From Camelus ferus (taxonomy: Eukaryota): a stretch of DNA of 64,000 bases. Location: positions 56,980,001 through 57,044,000 of the forward strand of contig NC_045696.1 of assembly GCF_009834535.1 (NCBI RefSeq), given 5' to 3'. Below are positions 1 through 13,442 of this stretch, piece after piece (position 1 is the first letter of the stretch; each line of letters opens with the position of its first letter). Below the pieces are notes generated by a model, which saw only the letters and a list, made by a program, of their open reading frames with translations, was not told the DNA's origin and did no database searches. Position numbers and translations under genes: made by a program.

Positions 1-627
1 GTAACCACCACTACAATCAAAATACAATAAGTATTCTATTATCACAGAGATCTTTTTTGTGCTACACCTTTATAGTTACACTCACTCTCATCCGTCCCCA
101 TCCCATTACTAACCCCTGGAAGTTTTCTGCATGCAGATCTTGTAATATTATGTTAGAATTATATCTATGCATCTCATTGTTTTGGTGCTATTATAGATGG
201 TATTGTGTTTTCAAATTTAAATTCCAATTGTTTATTTATGTTATAGAGGAAGGCAGTTGACAGCAATTGTCCTGTATCCTGAAACCTTACTAAAATTGTT
301 TATTAGTTTTAGGAGATTGTTTTTGTCAGTTCTTTGGAATTTTCTACATAGACAATCTTGTCTTCTGTGAACATAGACCTAATTTTTTCCCAAGCTATAT
401 ATCTTTTATTTCTTTTTAATTTTCATGTTACAGTAGCTAGGTCTTCTAATACAGTGTTGAATAGGAGTGGTGAAAAGGGACATCCTTCCCTTGTCTCTGA
501 TCTTAGGGAACAAGCATCTAGTTTCTCACCATTAAGTGTGATGTTGGTGTAGGATTTTTATAGATATTCTTTATTAAGTATAATTTATGAAGAAGTTCCT
601 CTCTATTCCTGGTTTACTGAGAGTTTT
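1..627 (-). mobile_element. Old LINE-1 (L1M-type) fragment: 3'UTR piece joined to ORF2 RT-region piece
   Basis: Antisense ORF2 hallmark gtgttgaataggagtggtgaaaagggacatccttcccttgtctctgatcttaggg; same motif recurs at about 22490, 28230 and 45115. Confidence 0.8.
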
Positions 628-840
628 TGTTACTGAGCATAGGCTTGTGTGTCCACAGTGCAGAAAGCCAAACTCTGACAATGAGTGTTCATAGAAGGTA
701 AAGGTTTATTTGCAGGGTGCCAAGCAAGGAAGTGGGAGACAAGTCTCAGATTCACTCCAACTTGGCTTTTGAGTTAGGATTTTTTCTTTTTAAAGGAGAG
801 GAATATAGAGGTGGATTAATCATCATCTTATGAACATTTC
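628..840 (-). mobile_element. Probable ERV LTR fragment (3' end), truncated
   Basis: Abrupt start at tgtta (…TAACA terminus on the minus strand), minus-strand AATAAA at 705-710, and higher GC than the flanks. Family not identified. Confidence 0.5.
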
Positions 841-1948
841 TTTTTTTTAACATTTTTTATTGATTTATCATAATTTTACAATGTTGTGTCAAATTCCAGT
901 GTAGAGCACAATTTTTCAGTTATACATGAACATATATATATTCATTGTCATATTTTTTCTCTGTGAGCTACCATAAGATCTTGTATATATTTCCCTGTGC
1001 TATACAGTATAATCTTGTTTATCTATCTACATTTTGAAATCCCAGTATATCCCTTCCCACCCCCTGACCCTGTGGCAACCACAAGTTTGTATTCTATGTC
1101 TATGAGTCTGTTTCTGTTTTGTATTTATGTTTTGGGTTTGTTTTTTTTTTTAGATTCCACATATGAGTGATCTCGTATGGTATTTTTTTTTCTCTTTCTG
1201 GCTTACTTCACTTAGAATGACATTTTCCAGGGACATCCATGTTGCTGCAAATGGTGTTATGTTGTTGGTTTTTATGGCTGAATAGTATTCCATTGTATAA
1301 ATATACCACCTCTTCTTTATCCTGTCATCTGTTGATGGACACTTAGGCTGTTTCCATGACTTGGCTATTGTAAATAGTGCTGCTATGAACATTGGGGTGC
1401 AGGTGTCATTTTGAAGTAGGGTTCCTTCTGGATATCATAAGCCCAGGAGCACGATTCTTGGGTCATATGGTAAGTCTATTCCTAGTCTTTTGAGGAATCT
1501 CCATACTGTTTTCCACAGTGGCTGCACCAAACTGCATTCCCACCAGCAATGCAGGAGGGTTTGCTTTTCTCCACAGCCTCTCCAGCATTTGTCATTTGTG
1601 GACTTTTGAATGATGGCCACTCTGACTGGTGTGAGGTGATACCTCATTGTAGTTTTGATTTGCATTTCTCTGATAATTAGTAATATTTAGCATTTTTTCA
1701 TGTGCCTATTGATCAGTTGCATTTCTTCCTTGGAGAATTGCTTGTTTAGGTCTTGCCCATTTTTGGATTGGGTTGTTTGTTTTTTTCTTATTAAGTCATA
1801 TAAGCTGCTTATATATTCTGGAGATCAAGCCTTTGTCAGTTTCATTTGCAAAAATTTTCTCCCATTCTGTAGGCTGTCTTTTTGTTTTACTTATGGTTTC
1901 CTTTGCTGTGTTGAAGCTTGTAAGTTTCATTAGGTCCTATTTGTTTAT
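841..1948 (-). mobile_element. Young lineage-specific L1, 5'-truncated (ORF2 C-terminus + 3'UTR)
   Basis: Poly-T tail at 841. Minus-strand frames [38 protein letters not shown] and MFIAALFTIAKSWKQPKCPS.. are the ORF2 C-terminal cysteine-rich region. 3'UTR is near-identical to the inserts at 54302 and 55082. Confidence 0.95.
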
Positions 1949-1949
1949 T

Positions 1950-3500
1950 ATCATACTTTATTTGGATTTTAATCTCTAAATGTTTGAGGATTTTTCCAGC
2001 TATATTTCTACATTTGATTTCTAGTTTAATTTCATCATGTTTTGAGAATGCACTTTGTATAATTCCTATTATTAGAATTTGTTAAGGTGTGTTTTATACT
2101 GGAATGTGTTTATCTTAGTGAATATTTCATGTGAGCCTGATCAGCATATTTATTACTGTTTTTAGTTGGAGTAATCTATAAATGTTGATTAGATCAAGTC
2201 GATTGATGCTACTGTTCTGGTCACCTATCTTCTAGGTGATTTTCTGCCTGGGTGTTGGAGTCTCCAACTATATTAATTGATTCTTCTTTTTAATGTAAAT
2301 TTCTATTATTTTTTCTCATGTAATTTAATTTCTATTGTTAGGTATAATTTCTTAATATACATTGAGAACTGTTAAGTCTTCTTGGAGAATTGACCTTTTA
2401 TTATTATTTTTTGCCCTTCCTAATCACTGATGATACTTATTGTTCTAATGTCTGCTGTGTCTGAAGTTAATATAGCTCCTTTAACTTTATTTTGATTAGT
2501 GTTGTCATGGTATATCTTTCCCCTCCTGTTTCACTTTTAACTTGTTGGTGTCAATACTTTGTTTAGTGAAATATAGTTGACTTACAATGTTGTATTAGTT
2601 TCAGGTATACAGCATTGTAAATTGATATATAAAGATTACACTCTATACAAAGTTATTATAAAGTAATGATTACATTTCCTGTATTATACATTACAGCCTT
2701 GTATCTTTCTTTATTTTCTACCTAATAATATGTACTTCTTAATTCCTTTCAGCTGTTTTGCCCCTCCCCCACTCTACTCCCCCTGGGAATCACTGGTTTA
2801 TCTATCTGTGAGTCTGTTTCTGTTTTGTTATATTGGTTCATTTGTTTTGTTTTTTAGTTCCACATATAAGTGAAAACATACAATATTTGTCTTTCTCTGT
2901 CTGACTTAGTTCACTAAGTACGATACTGTTCAAGTCCATCCATGTTGTCACAAATGGCAAAATTTCATTCTTTTTTTTATAGCTAAGTCATAGTAGAGTG
3001 TATATATCTCCCACATCTTTGTCCATTGATCTGTTGATGTACACTTAGGTTGCTTCCATATCTTGGCTATTGTAAATAATTTTGCTGTGAACATTGGGGT
3101 GCATGTATCTTTTTGAATTAGTGTTTTCATTTTCTTTGGATAAATACCCAGGAGTGGAATACTGTGTCAGTATTTTTAAGAGTTTTTGTTTAGATAACAC
3201 ACAGTTGGTTATTTTTCTTATCCACTGAAAATCTCTATTAATTTGTCACATGTGAAGTAATTTTTGAATAGTTGAATTAATATCTACCACATTTATAACT
3301 ATTTCCTATACATTACTTATCCTTTATTTCCTTTCTTCCCCATTTCCTACCTTCTTTGGTTTTAATTAGGTATTTTACATGATTTCATTGTCTCTCTCCT
3401 AGCAGATCAGTTACACTTTTTTAAAAGATTTTTAGTGGTTTCTTTGTAAATGTAATATGCATTCACAATTAATGTAAGTCTACTTTCAAATAACATATAC
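1950..3500 (-). mobile_element. Old L1M fragment (ORF2 endonuclease region/spacer), interrupted by a younger L1 at about 2561-3163
   Basis: Degenerate antisense endonuclease-region motifs; host sequence resumes after the insert. Confidence 0.7.
2561..3163 (-). mobile_element. 5'-truncated L1 3' end nested in older L1
   Basis: Minus frame MKTLIQKDTCTPMFTAKLFTIAKIWKQPKC. Degraded TSD gtgtcaatacttt (2548-2560) / gtgtcagtatttt (3164-3176). Confidence 0.85.
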
Positions 3501-3502
3501 TA

Positions 3503-4700
3503 AGGACACTAACAAGCTGTAAGTGAAGGAATGAAAAAGATATTTCAAGTAAATGGAGACCAAAAAACTCAGGGGTAGATATACCTGTATCAGCAAAATA
3601 TACTGTAAGTCAAACACTGTAACAGGAGACAAAGAATTAATTATTTAATGATGAAGGGGTCAGTTATCAAGAGTGTATAATGATTGTAAACATATGCATA
3701 CCAAATTTTGGAGCACCTAAATATATTAAGCAATTGTTAGCAGATATGGAGGGAGAAATAGACAGCAATGCAGTAATAGTAGGGGACTTAAGTATCCACT
3801 TTGAGCAATGGATAAACCATCTAGACAGAAGATTAATGTGCAAACAATGAATCTCAATGACATGTTAGACCAAACAGATCTAACAGACATACACAGAATA
3901 TTCCATTTAACAGAAGCAGAATACATATTCTTCTCAAGTGCACATGGAACATACATACTTCAGGATTAGCAACTTTAAGAAGATTGAAATTATAACAAGT
4001 ATCTTTTCTGAACACAACAGTATGAAACTAAAAATCAATAACAGAGGTAAAGCTGCAAAATTCACAATGTGGATATTAAATAACATAATCTTGGACAACC
4101 AGTGGGTCAAAGAAGAAAATCAATAGAGAAGTCAAGAAATATCATGAAACAAATGAAATTGGAGACACAATGTATCAAAACCTATGGGAGTCTGCAAAAC
4201 CAGTTCTAAGAGGGAAGTTTATAGTGATAAATGCCTACATTACAAAACAAGACAGACCTCAGTAACTTCACTTTACACTTTAAGGTGCTAGAAATAAAGG
4301 AAAAACTAAATCCAAAGTTAGCAGAATGAAGGAAATAACAAAGATAATAGAAGAAATAAATGAAATAGAGGCCAGAAAAACAATAGAAAAGATTAATGAA
4401 ACTAAGAGCTGGTTCTTTGAAAAGATAAACAAAATAGATAAATATTTAGCTAAATTAACTAAGATGAGAAGAGACAGGACTCAAGTATATAAAATCAGTA
4501 TTGAAAGAGGAAACATCATAACTGATAGCACAAAAATACAAAGGATTATGAGAGACTACTACCAATTAAGTATGTGCTAAAAAACTGGATAATCTAGAAG
4601 AAATGGATATATTCCTGCAAACATCTGACTTACCAAGACTGAATAATGAAGAAATAGAAAATCTAAACAGAATAATAATGAGTAAGGAGACTAAATTGTA
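3503..4700 (+). mobile_element. L1 ORF2 internal fragment (endonuclease to Z region), sense orientation, no 5' or 3' end
   Basis: Plus frames FKKIEIITSIFSEHNSMKLKINN and EKINETKSWFFEKINKIDK, with many stops and frameshifts. Confidence 0.92.
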
Positions 4701-6830
4701 GTCTATATTTTGTGGATGCTAGAAAAGAATTTCTATTTTGCTGTTGTTTGGCAGATTATTCTATAAATATTGATTAGTTCCTGTTGGTTGATGGTTGTGT
4801 TGAGTTCTTTTGTATCCTTACTGATTTGCTAGAGACACGTGTTGAAATCTCCTACTAGAATCATGGATTCTTTTCTCCTTTTTTCAGTTTTACCTGTTTT
4901 TGCTTCATGTAATTTGCAACCTGTTGTTTGGTGCATGCACATTTAGGACTGCTGTGTCTTCTTGGTGGGTTGACCTTTTTATATTTACAAAATGTCCCTC
5001 TCTGGTCATTCCCTTACCTCTGAAGTCTTTTTAAATTTGATATTAATATAAAACCTCTTCTGCTTTCTTTTGATTCATGTTTGCATGATATATCTTTGTC
5101 CTTCCTTTTACTTTGAGCCTACCTATGTCAATAGAATTGAGGAGAGTTTCTTGAAGATAGTATAGTTGGGTCTTTTTTTTTTAAATTCACCCCATGAATC
5201 TGTATTTTAATTGATGTTTATATTTTCTGTCATTATTGATATCTTAGGACTTAAGATATTTTATTTTTTGTTGCATGCTTATCTCTCTATTTTTCACTTA
5301 CCTGGTATTTTTTTTCTTGCCTTCCTGTTTTTTTATTGAAGAAGGTTTTTTAGAATTCCATTTTGCTTTAATCTTTATTTTTCAGTGTCTTTTTATATCA
5401 CTTTACTTCTTTAGAGGTTGCTGTAGACATTTCATTATATATAAACAACTTACCATAGTCTGTAGTTATTGCATTTTCCCAGTTTGAATGAAATATAGAG
5501 ACCCTTTTTCCTTCATTTCCCTTTACTTCCCTCATTTATAATAAATTTTCCTCTATTTTTAGTATCAAATCAGACTGTGTTATAATTTTTCCTTCAACTA
5601 TCAAACAAAATTTAGAAAATTCAAAAGGAGAAGGAAAACATATTATATTTACCCATACTTTTATTCTCTGTTGTTTTTTCTTCACATTTGATCTTCAAAA
5701 ATTCCTCCTTATGTCATTCCTTTTTGTTTAGTGAACTCCCTTTAACCATTCTTTTAGAGTTGGACTTTTAGTGACAAGTTCTTAGTTTTCCTTCATCTGA
5801 TAAATATAGGAATATTTTAGATGTGTATAGATTTCTAGGTTAACAGTTCCTTTCTTTAAGCCCTTGAGTAATGTTCTACTTCCTTTTGGCCCCCTATTTT
5901 CTGATGAGAAATTTGCTAACATTGGAATTTTTTGCCTTGTGGTTAAAATGTTGTTTCTCTCTACCTTCAAGATTTCTTTTTTAGTTTTCAGATGTTTGGC
6001 TATGATTTGTCTTGGTTATATTTCTTTGGGTTTATCCTTTTGGCCTTTTTTTTCAGCTTCTTGAATCTTTTGTTTTGCTTTTTGACAATTTTGGGAAGTT
6101 TTTAAACATTTTTTTTTTAACTACTATTTCAGTTCTATCTTTTTTCTTTTTCTTCTGGTACACTGAGAACATGATTGTTTTTACATTAATTTTCAGTCTG
6201 TTTTACAGATTGGATAATTTATATTGTTTCATATTTGAGTTCACTGACTCTTTTGTCTCCTCCATTCTGCTATTGAGCTTACCCATAGGTTTTTAATATT
6301 TTTATACTTTTCAGTGGTAAAATTTGCATTTGGTTTTTTTTAATCTTGTCTTTCTTTGCTGAGACTTTCTATTTTTTTCATTTCATTTTACTCATAATTT
6401 ATTCCATTTTTATGTAGCTTCTTTTAAATATTTATCAGGAAACTCTAACATCTGTATCATCTTGGTGTTGGTATATATTTTTTTTCATTCAAATTGAGAT
6501 TTTTCTGTTTCTTGATATGAGTGATTTTTACATCCAAACTGAACATTTTTGGTATAATGTTATGACACCCTAGGTCTTTTTTAAACCTTCTGTTTTGGGT
6601 TGGTTGTTTTGACATTGCTTTGGCAGTGGAAGGGCAAATGTCCTCTTGTTACTAAAGGTGGGAATAGAAATTCCAGTTTCCCAGCTGGCCTTTACTAACA
6701 TCTGAGATAGGGAGAGGCATTTGTTAGGTGGGGTGGGATTATGGTTCCCCATTATACTTCTACTTTTATCACCCTGACTAGATGACCTGTGACTCATTCC
6801 TGCTCCCAAGTGGCCTCCACTAACTCAGTT
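4701..6830 (-). mobile_element. Old L1M fragment (endonuclease region, spacer, ORF1, part of 5' region)
   Basis: Degenerate T-rich antisense L1 motifs, e.g. ttcttgaagatagtatagttgggtc and tttctgatgagaaatttgct. Confidence 0.7.
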
Positions 6831-7462
6831 CTCTGCTTCAAAAATTTAAATGTTCTATGAATTTTAATGAAGGTAGAAAATGTTATTTCTTTCACTGTAG
6901 GAGAATGAGAATAAACTTCTCAGAGTTGCATTTGCCAGAAATGATGATGTTATTCCCTATGGAAATGCAGAGAATATGACTTATTTTTTAAAATTTGACT
7001 TATGTTTGTTAGTTTTCCAGCTAGTTATGGATAAAAAAGTGAGTTTCTTTACTGTCTGATTAGTTAATTAAAGCCCATTAAGTCAGTGAGTGAAATTTAA
7101 CTAAATTTTCACTGTCTATTTAATATTATCTCTTACACTATAATTCTAGCTTGGTACAAGTTGTCCAAAATTATCAGACTCCTTCTCTTAAAAAATGTTA
7201 ATTCCTTATTTTTGCTTTTATATGGTTTGGGTTTTTCCACTAAAACTCCTAAATATCAGTCTTTGACTTAAGATGCTGAGGGAATCTTAGGGTAGCTGTC
7301 TTTTCCTTTCCCTGGCTTTTGTTGTTCTTATTATCATGATTATTATAACCATCAGTAGCTGTTTTGGGGTGACTACATAGCTTTATTCCTACTACAAGGC
7401 TTTATCCCTACTACTAACTTAGTAATTTAGGTTCTTATCCTAAAACTTGAAGAGTAAATAAG

Positions 7463-7795
7463 TAGCAGTCATCGAGTAGTTCATAAATCATCTGTATCAG
7501 AATCACCTAGAGAGGTGCTTCCTAAACTTTCATATGTCTGTGACTCACCTGGGGTTTCTTCATAAAATGCATTTTCCAATTCTGGGGTCAGGTTTGAGAT
7601 TTCTACTAAGCTTCCAGGTGATGTCCATGCTGCTGGTCTGTGGACTTCATTTTAAATAGCAAGAACTGAGGATACTTGTTAAAATATCAGTCATATGTTC
7701 CATCCCACATCCATGGAGTCACAATTTGTGTGGCTGGAATCTAGGAATAATTTTAATGAGATATTTAACTATACTAAAGTTTTAAACTGTTGCTG
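7463..7795. mobile_element. hAT-Charlie MER5-like elements, one (about 7512-7662) apparently nested in another
   Basis: MER5 hallmarks atcagaatcacctag, cttccaggtgatgtccatgctgctggtctgtggac...tagcaag and cttgttaaaa. Confidence 0.65.
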
Positions 7796-7864
7796 TAATT
7801 TAGTGATTATTAACTGTGGTTGTGCATCAGATCACCCAGAAAGAGTTTTAAAACAGTATTCATA

Positions 7865-9442
7865 GGAATTTCCAGCCAAGATGGATGAGTGGTAGGACCA
7901 CAAGCTCGCCTCTCCTCACACTACAACAAAACCACAACTGACTGCTAGACAACCATAAAAAAAAAAGACTGGAACCTAGCAAAGAAGATCATCTTCAACT
8001 GGAAACATAAAGAGGGAAACAGTGAGATGTTAGGAGTGGCGTACTTGCAATATAATTGGGCCCCTTACCCCACAGTGGGCAACCCATAAGCTGAAGAATA
8101 ATTAAGTTGCAGAGGCCTTTCACACGAGTGAGAGTTCTAAAGCCCCACATCAGTCTCCCTACCCCAGGGTTCTGGCAGTGGGAGTGGGAAGAGACCCCAG
8201 GACGTCTCGTTTTGAAGGCCAGTGGGGCCTAGCTCCAGGAGCCCCACGGGACTGGGGGAAACAGAGACTTCATTCTCTTGGGAAGCATACACAGAATCTC
8301 GAGTGCACCAGGTCCAAAGGCAGAGGGAGTGATTTCATAGGAACTGGGCCAGGCCTGCCTGCTGGTTTTAGAGGGTCTCCTGGGGACGTAGGGGATGGCT
8401 ATGGCTCACCCAGGGGCCATGAAAGCTGGTGGTGGACCTTCTGGGAGTGTTCATCTACATGAGCTTTTTTGGAGGCTGACATCTTGATTGGTCATCAGCA
8501 CCAAGACCTACCGCCATACAACAGCCTGTAGAGAAGCCTCAGGCCAAACAACATATAGGGTAGGAAAACAGCCCCACCCATCAGCAGACTTCCTAAGCCA
8601 CAAAAGCCTCTAGACATGACCCTACCCACCAGAGGTCCAGGACCGAGCACCCAGCAGTGTGCAGGCACTTGCTCCTCCTGCCAGGAAATCTGCATAAGCC
8701 TCTAGTCTAGCCTCATCCACCAGGGGCAGATACCAGAAATAAGAAAACAACAATCCCAAAGCTTGTGGAAGGAATCCACAAACACAGGCCAGACTCTACA
8801 TTAGGACCACTGAACCCTAGCCCTTGGGTGACATGAGAGGAGTGTACTGCTGGGATGCATGTCTCCCACAGAGGGCCACCTCTCCAAGGTTGAGAAATGT
8901 AACTAACCTACCTAAAAATACAAATAGATAAACAATATGAGACGGCAGAGGAATATCTCCCAGGCCAAGGCACAAGATAAACTCCCAGAAGAAGAAATAA
9001 GTGATGAGGAGATAGGCAATTTATCTGAGGAAGAGTTTGAAGTAATGACAGCGAAGATGTTCAGAGACCTCAAGAAGAGTACAGATGCACAGAGTGAAGT
9101 TTTTAGGAAAGAGTTGGAAAATATAAAGAATACCCAAACAGAGTTGAAGAGTAAAATCACTGAAATGAAAAACACACTAGAAGGAACCAAGAATAGACTA
9201 AATGAGGCAGAAGAACAGATCAATGAACTAGAAGACAGATTAGTGGACATCTACAGGCCAAAAGAAAGTGTCAAGATATATTTAAAGTGATGAAAGGGAA
9301 AAACCTACAACTAAGAATACTCTATCCAACAAGGCTCTCATTCAGATTTGTTGGAGAAATTGAAAGCTTCACAGATAAAACAAAAGCTAAAAGGATTCAG
9401 CACCACCAAACCAGCTTTACAACGAATGTTAAAGGAACTTCT
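7865..9442 (+). mobile_element. L1 5'UTR + ORF1 only, sense orientation, with internal ORF1 deletion
   Basis: Begins ..ccagccaagatgg (L1 5' YY1-type motif). Collinear with the reverse complement of 24560-26537. ORF1 MRRQRNISQAKAQDKLPEEE.. at 8937; homology stops at the ORF1 3' end (aaaggaacttct). Confidence 0.93.
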
Positions 9443-9960
9443 GTAGTTGTCAAACCATACAGTTTCAATATGTGAAGTTACATTTTCATTTATGATTATG
9501 TTGGCACTAAGTAGTATTATTTTAATTGTTATAGATTAATAAAAAATATAGAAGTGGACGATGCACAGGTATTATGTGTTCATGCCAGTTGATTGTAAAA
9601 TTATGTATTGCGGTACTGTGGAACAGAACTTAAAGTTATTCAAGCAGAGGCAAGTGGTGAAAGAGAAGCACAGAATAAGTATGGACATAAATTCAAAAGA
9701 ACCTATGCAGTCAGAGCCATATCCATATGGTGAAATTATTTTATTTTTGTGAAAATTTATCTGTCATGTAAATTAATATCATTTGAATTCTAGATGTATT
9801 TGTACTTGATTTGTATTTTTTTGTTCTATGTGTATGTTAAGAGCCATAAGTGTGAGGATTTTATCTTATTTCTATAAATAAGTTAAAGTTATAAAAGTAA
9901 AAAATGAGGATCAGCAAATTTTTTAAAGTTCTGTTTATTATTTAAGCTTGAGAAACATGT
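9441..9960. mobile_element. Possible ancient hAT-Charlie DNA transposon remnant
   Basis: Ends resemble degenerate hAT TIRs (ctgtagttgtcaaac ... aagcttgagaaacatg); internal family not securely recognised. Confidence 0.3.
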
Positions 9961-10549
9961 ATTTTATTTATTTAATATGCTACATAGCATATATATCAAA
10001 TTACAGAGTTATTTGATCTTTAATGGCCCAATTCAAATACAGTTTTCTATATTAGCTTTCCTTGATTTCCCTTATAGAAATTAATTCCTCCATCCTTTGA
10101 AGTCTTTATAGTAATTAACACATTTTACTTTTATTTTTCTTGTCAATTTGATTTATCTCTCCTATTAGACGTTATGTTCTTTGAAGGAAATAGAGTAGGG
10201 TGTTATAATCAAGACAGTGCTTTTTATAAAGAATGTAAAGTTGAAAAAATGGATGATGCATGAGAGACTAAGAATGTCTTAATGATTTACTATAGATGAA
10301 AGATTGTGAATGTGGATATAGGAACAATATTATTTTTCCAAGGCTCACATATAATAAAAAAATCCTTGATCTTGCAAGTGGTGGTGATAGAAATACATTA
10401 TAAATGAAAATGTAACTATTAAGTACAATAAATTAAGTTCCAAAGGGTATTTGATTGGTCACTAGGGTTGTCAAATGCAGAGCACAAGTGTAATCATGCC
10501 CTCTATTTCACCTGTGTCAATCATCTTAAGTAAATCACATTGCATTTTT

Positions 10550-10765
10550 TAAATTTTAAGAGTGTATTTGAGCAAAAATTTGAATTGGGCAGTGCCAACC
10601 AGAAGTGGTTAGGAGTGCTCCACAGTTAGGTGCCAGGGGCAAGACTTTTATAAGACATGAAAGCAAAGCAAGGAATTATTTGATTGGCTGGAGCTTAAGT
10701 AGTTGATTTATTTGGGAAAGCCTGGTTTGCTCTTTGTGATTGGTTGTCCTTAGATTTCGATTTCT
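10550..10765. mobile_element. Probable ERV LTR fragment interrupted by L1 (short remainder near 11460-11498)
   Basis: Promoter-like arrangement on the minus strand (TATAAAA at about 10646-10652; two CCAAT boxes seen as gattgg); composition differs from the flanks. Confidence 0.45.
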
Positions 10766-11458
10766 TTTTTTCCTTGCAGTTTTGTTGAGATAAATGGACA
10801 TATGGCACTGTGTAAGTTTAAGGTACACAGCATAATGACTTGGCTTACATACATCATGAAATGATTATGACAGTAAGTTTAGTGACCATCCATAATTTCA
10901 TATAGATACAAAATAAAAGAAAGAAATATTGACCTACAACACTATGTTAGTTCTTGGTGTACAATGTAATGATTTGGTATTTCTGTATATAATGATTACC
11001 ATGATAAGTCTAGTTATCATCTGTCACCATACAAAGATATTATATTATTGACTATATTTCCTATGCTATACATTTCATCCATATGACTCATTTATTTTGT
11101 AACTGGAAGTTTGTACCTCTTAATTTCTCTCACTTATTTTACCTTCCTCCTCTCTGACAACCACTTGTTTGTTCTCTATATCCATGACTCTGTTTCTGTT
11201 TTGTTATGTTCATTTGTTTTGTTTTTTTAGATACCACATGTGAGATCATATAGCACTTGTCTTTCTGTCTGACTTATTTCACTTAGCAAAAGCTCCATCC
11301 ATGTGATCACAAACAGCAAGATTTCATTCTTTTTATGTATACCACATCTTTATCCATTCATCTGTCGATGGACACTTAGGTTGTTCCCATGTCTTGGCTT
11401 CTGTGAATAATGCAGCAATGAACATGGGGTGCATCTATCTTTTCAGATTGGTGTTTTT
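10766..11458 (-). mobile_element. 5'-truncated L1 3' end (older L1MA9-like subfamily)
   Basis: T-rich tail followed by L1 3'UTR motifs (ttttagataccacat, tatccattcatctgtcgatggacacttaggttg). Confidence 0.85.
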
Positions 11459-12819
11459 ATTGGGTTTAGTTTAAGTCTGGGATTCTTATTTGTTTAACCA
11501 CTATCCAGCAGTTGGACATTGGACATAAGATGAGAGCCTTTTGTCAACAAGGATGTAGTTTCTAATCAATTAGAATGAGGAATCGAGTAGTATAGGTTCA
11601 AGGAATATTTATAAATCTGCTTGGATCACCTTCATGTATTCCATTGTGCTTGTGCATTCTGTACAGTCAGTCTGGTCTGTTTTGGAATTTTGCCTCTTGC
11701 TGAAGATCTCATTACTGAAACCTGGCAGTCCTTAGACTTTTTTTCTTAACCTGGAAAATGACTGCGTAATATTGAAGTTTGCTCCTTTTCGAACTGAACT
11801 TCTATATTTGTGTCTACTTTTATGGTATCCACATTTTTTTCCTACTCTCCCTGTATTCAGAAAGGGTGATCATAAGTCCTTTTAAAAACAAATTTCCTCT
11901 TTCTACATAAATTGAATTGAAAATTGATCAATATTTATTGCCTAGAAACATGACCGTCAATTTATTTCCTGTGGAGCATTATTAAAAATCTCTTGGCAAC
12001 AGCAATTCTATACTTTAGGATTAAATCAGAATTGTCCAATATCCTATATGTTACACTTTAATTAGATTACCAGTTAACTTTGTAAATATGTATGTAATAA
12101 CAAGACTTCTAGTTCTTTGGATGTAGTGTGCAAGGTGCCTTCAGCAGAATACTTCTTTTGAATAGACAAAATTTGGTGTGGAGAAAGTCAATGAGCTAGA
12201 TTGAAAATGTAAGTTTGACAGATTGAATATTCACTCTTATAGAAGAGGTGCAAGATGGAATCTTTTTTTTGGAGTTTGTCATTTACATTTCCTCTTTTTT
12301 TTTAATTGGTTTGTCTGCCAGGCATCAGAATTCTGTCCTGCTCTACTAACAATTAATGAGCTCCTCTTCTGAGTAAATTCTAGGAAATACTATGATTTAA
12401 CACAAGTTCTGACAAGGAATAACTGTAAACTTACCCCACCTGGCTTTTTAAGAGTGGTTTAGGAGCATAAGTAGGCCAAACTAGAAAAAGTGATAATGCT
12501 GTGGATAGAAGACTCATAAATTCCCAGATTTCATATATAGGAATCATGATTGCTCTGGCTATGGAACAGGTTCCTGGAATTGATCAGAAGGCTCATTGTG
12601 AAGACGTAGGCAGAACAAAAAAAAGGGAATATTATAGTGAATCTCCAACCTTACAAGTTTTCTTTATACTACTTAAATGCCAAATATCTGAATAAAAAGT
12701 AAATAATTTATCATCTCATGTAGACAAAACTGCAGACTTTCTGAGAACTCTAGAATTTATGTTTTATATATACCTAATTTCTATTTGAAATGAATATTAC
12801 TGAAAGAAATAAGCAAACA

Positions 12820-13052
12820 ATATAGCTTGGTAGAAAGATGGTAATTTTACAACCAAACAGGAATGGATTTGAATCCCAGTTTTGCCACCTATTAGCTGTC
12901 AGTCCTAGTCAAGTAAAAGTAACAATTCTTGGCCTCAGTTTCCTCTTTGTAAAACAGAACTATATATCAGTCTTGAAGTGCTGTTTTCAGAATTAGAAAT
13001 AATATATATCAATGCCCATGTTAGACACCTATTTAATAGTGTCTATTATTAT
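12820..13052 (+). mobile_element. MIR SINE
   Basis: MIR core gatttgaatcccagttttgccacctattagctgt ... ggcctcagtttcctctttgtaaaa. Confidence 0.85.
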
Positions 13053-13229
13053 CATTATGGTTTTTAATGATATACTGTTGTTATTTATCCTATAACCTCT
13101 ACTAAGTGCTACTTGAGTATATAGTAAATTTTATTGTTTATATTGCTATCACTGTATAAGTGTAAGGAAAATATAATGTTGACCAGACATAAAATTTAGA
13201 TACTTTAATTGTAATTTTCTTTCTTTCAG

Positions 13230-13364
13230 AATTACTTACTGTCATCTACCTTTCCAGAGTAAATGGCTCTATGTTGGAACAGAAAGAGGAAATACACACA
13301 TTGTAAATATTGAATCTTTCATTCTTTCTGGATATGTTATCATGTGGAACAAAGCAATTGAACT
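13230..13364 (+). CDS. STXBP5L: STXBP5L (tomosyn-2) internal coding exon, 135 bp (approx. human exon 6)
   Basis: Acceptor ttttctttctttcag|A and donor AACT|gtaagt. Reads (R)ITYCHLPFQSKWLYVGTERGNTHIVNIESFILSGYVIMWNKAIE(L), recognised as tomosyn-2 WD40 region. Phase 2 at both ends, continuous with the next exon. Confidence 0.97.
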
Positions 13365-13442
13365 GTAAGTTTGAACTTGAATACCATTTAATTTGGGTTA
13401 AATATTTCTATGGTTATGTGACATATATATCAAATTGCAGTT

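Noticed and set aside
13022..13046. Hairpin tagacacctatt/aatagtgtcta
   Set aside because: Short, imperfect, inside a MIR; too small for a pre-miRNA and expected by chance.
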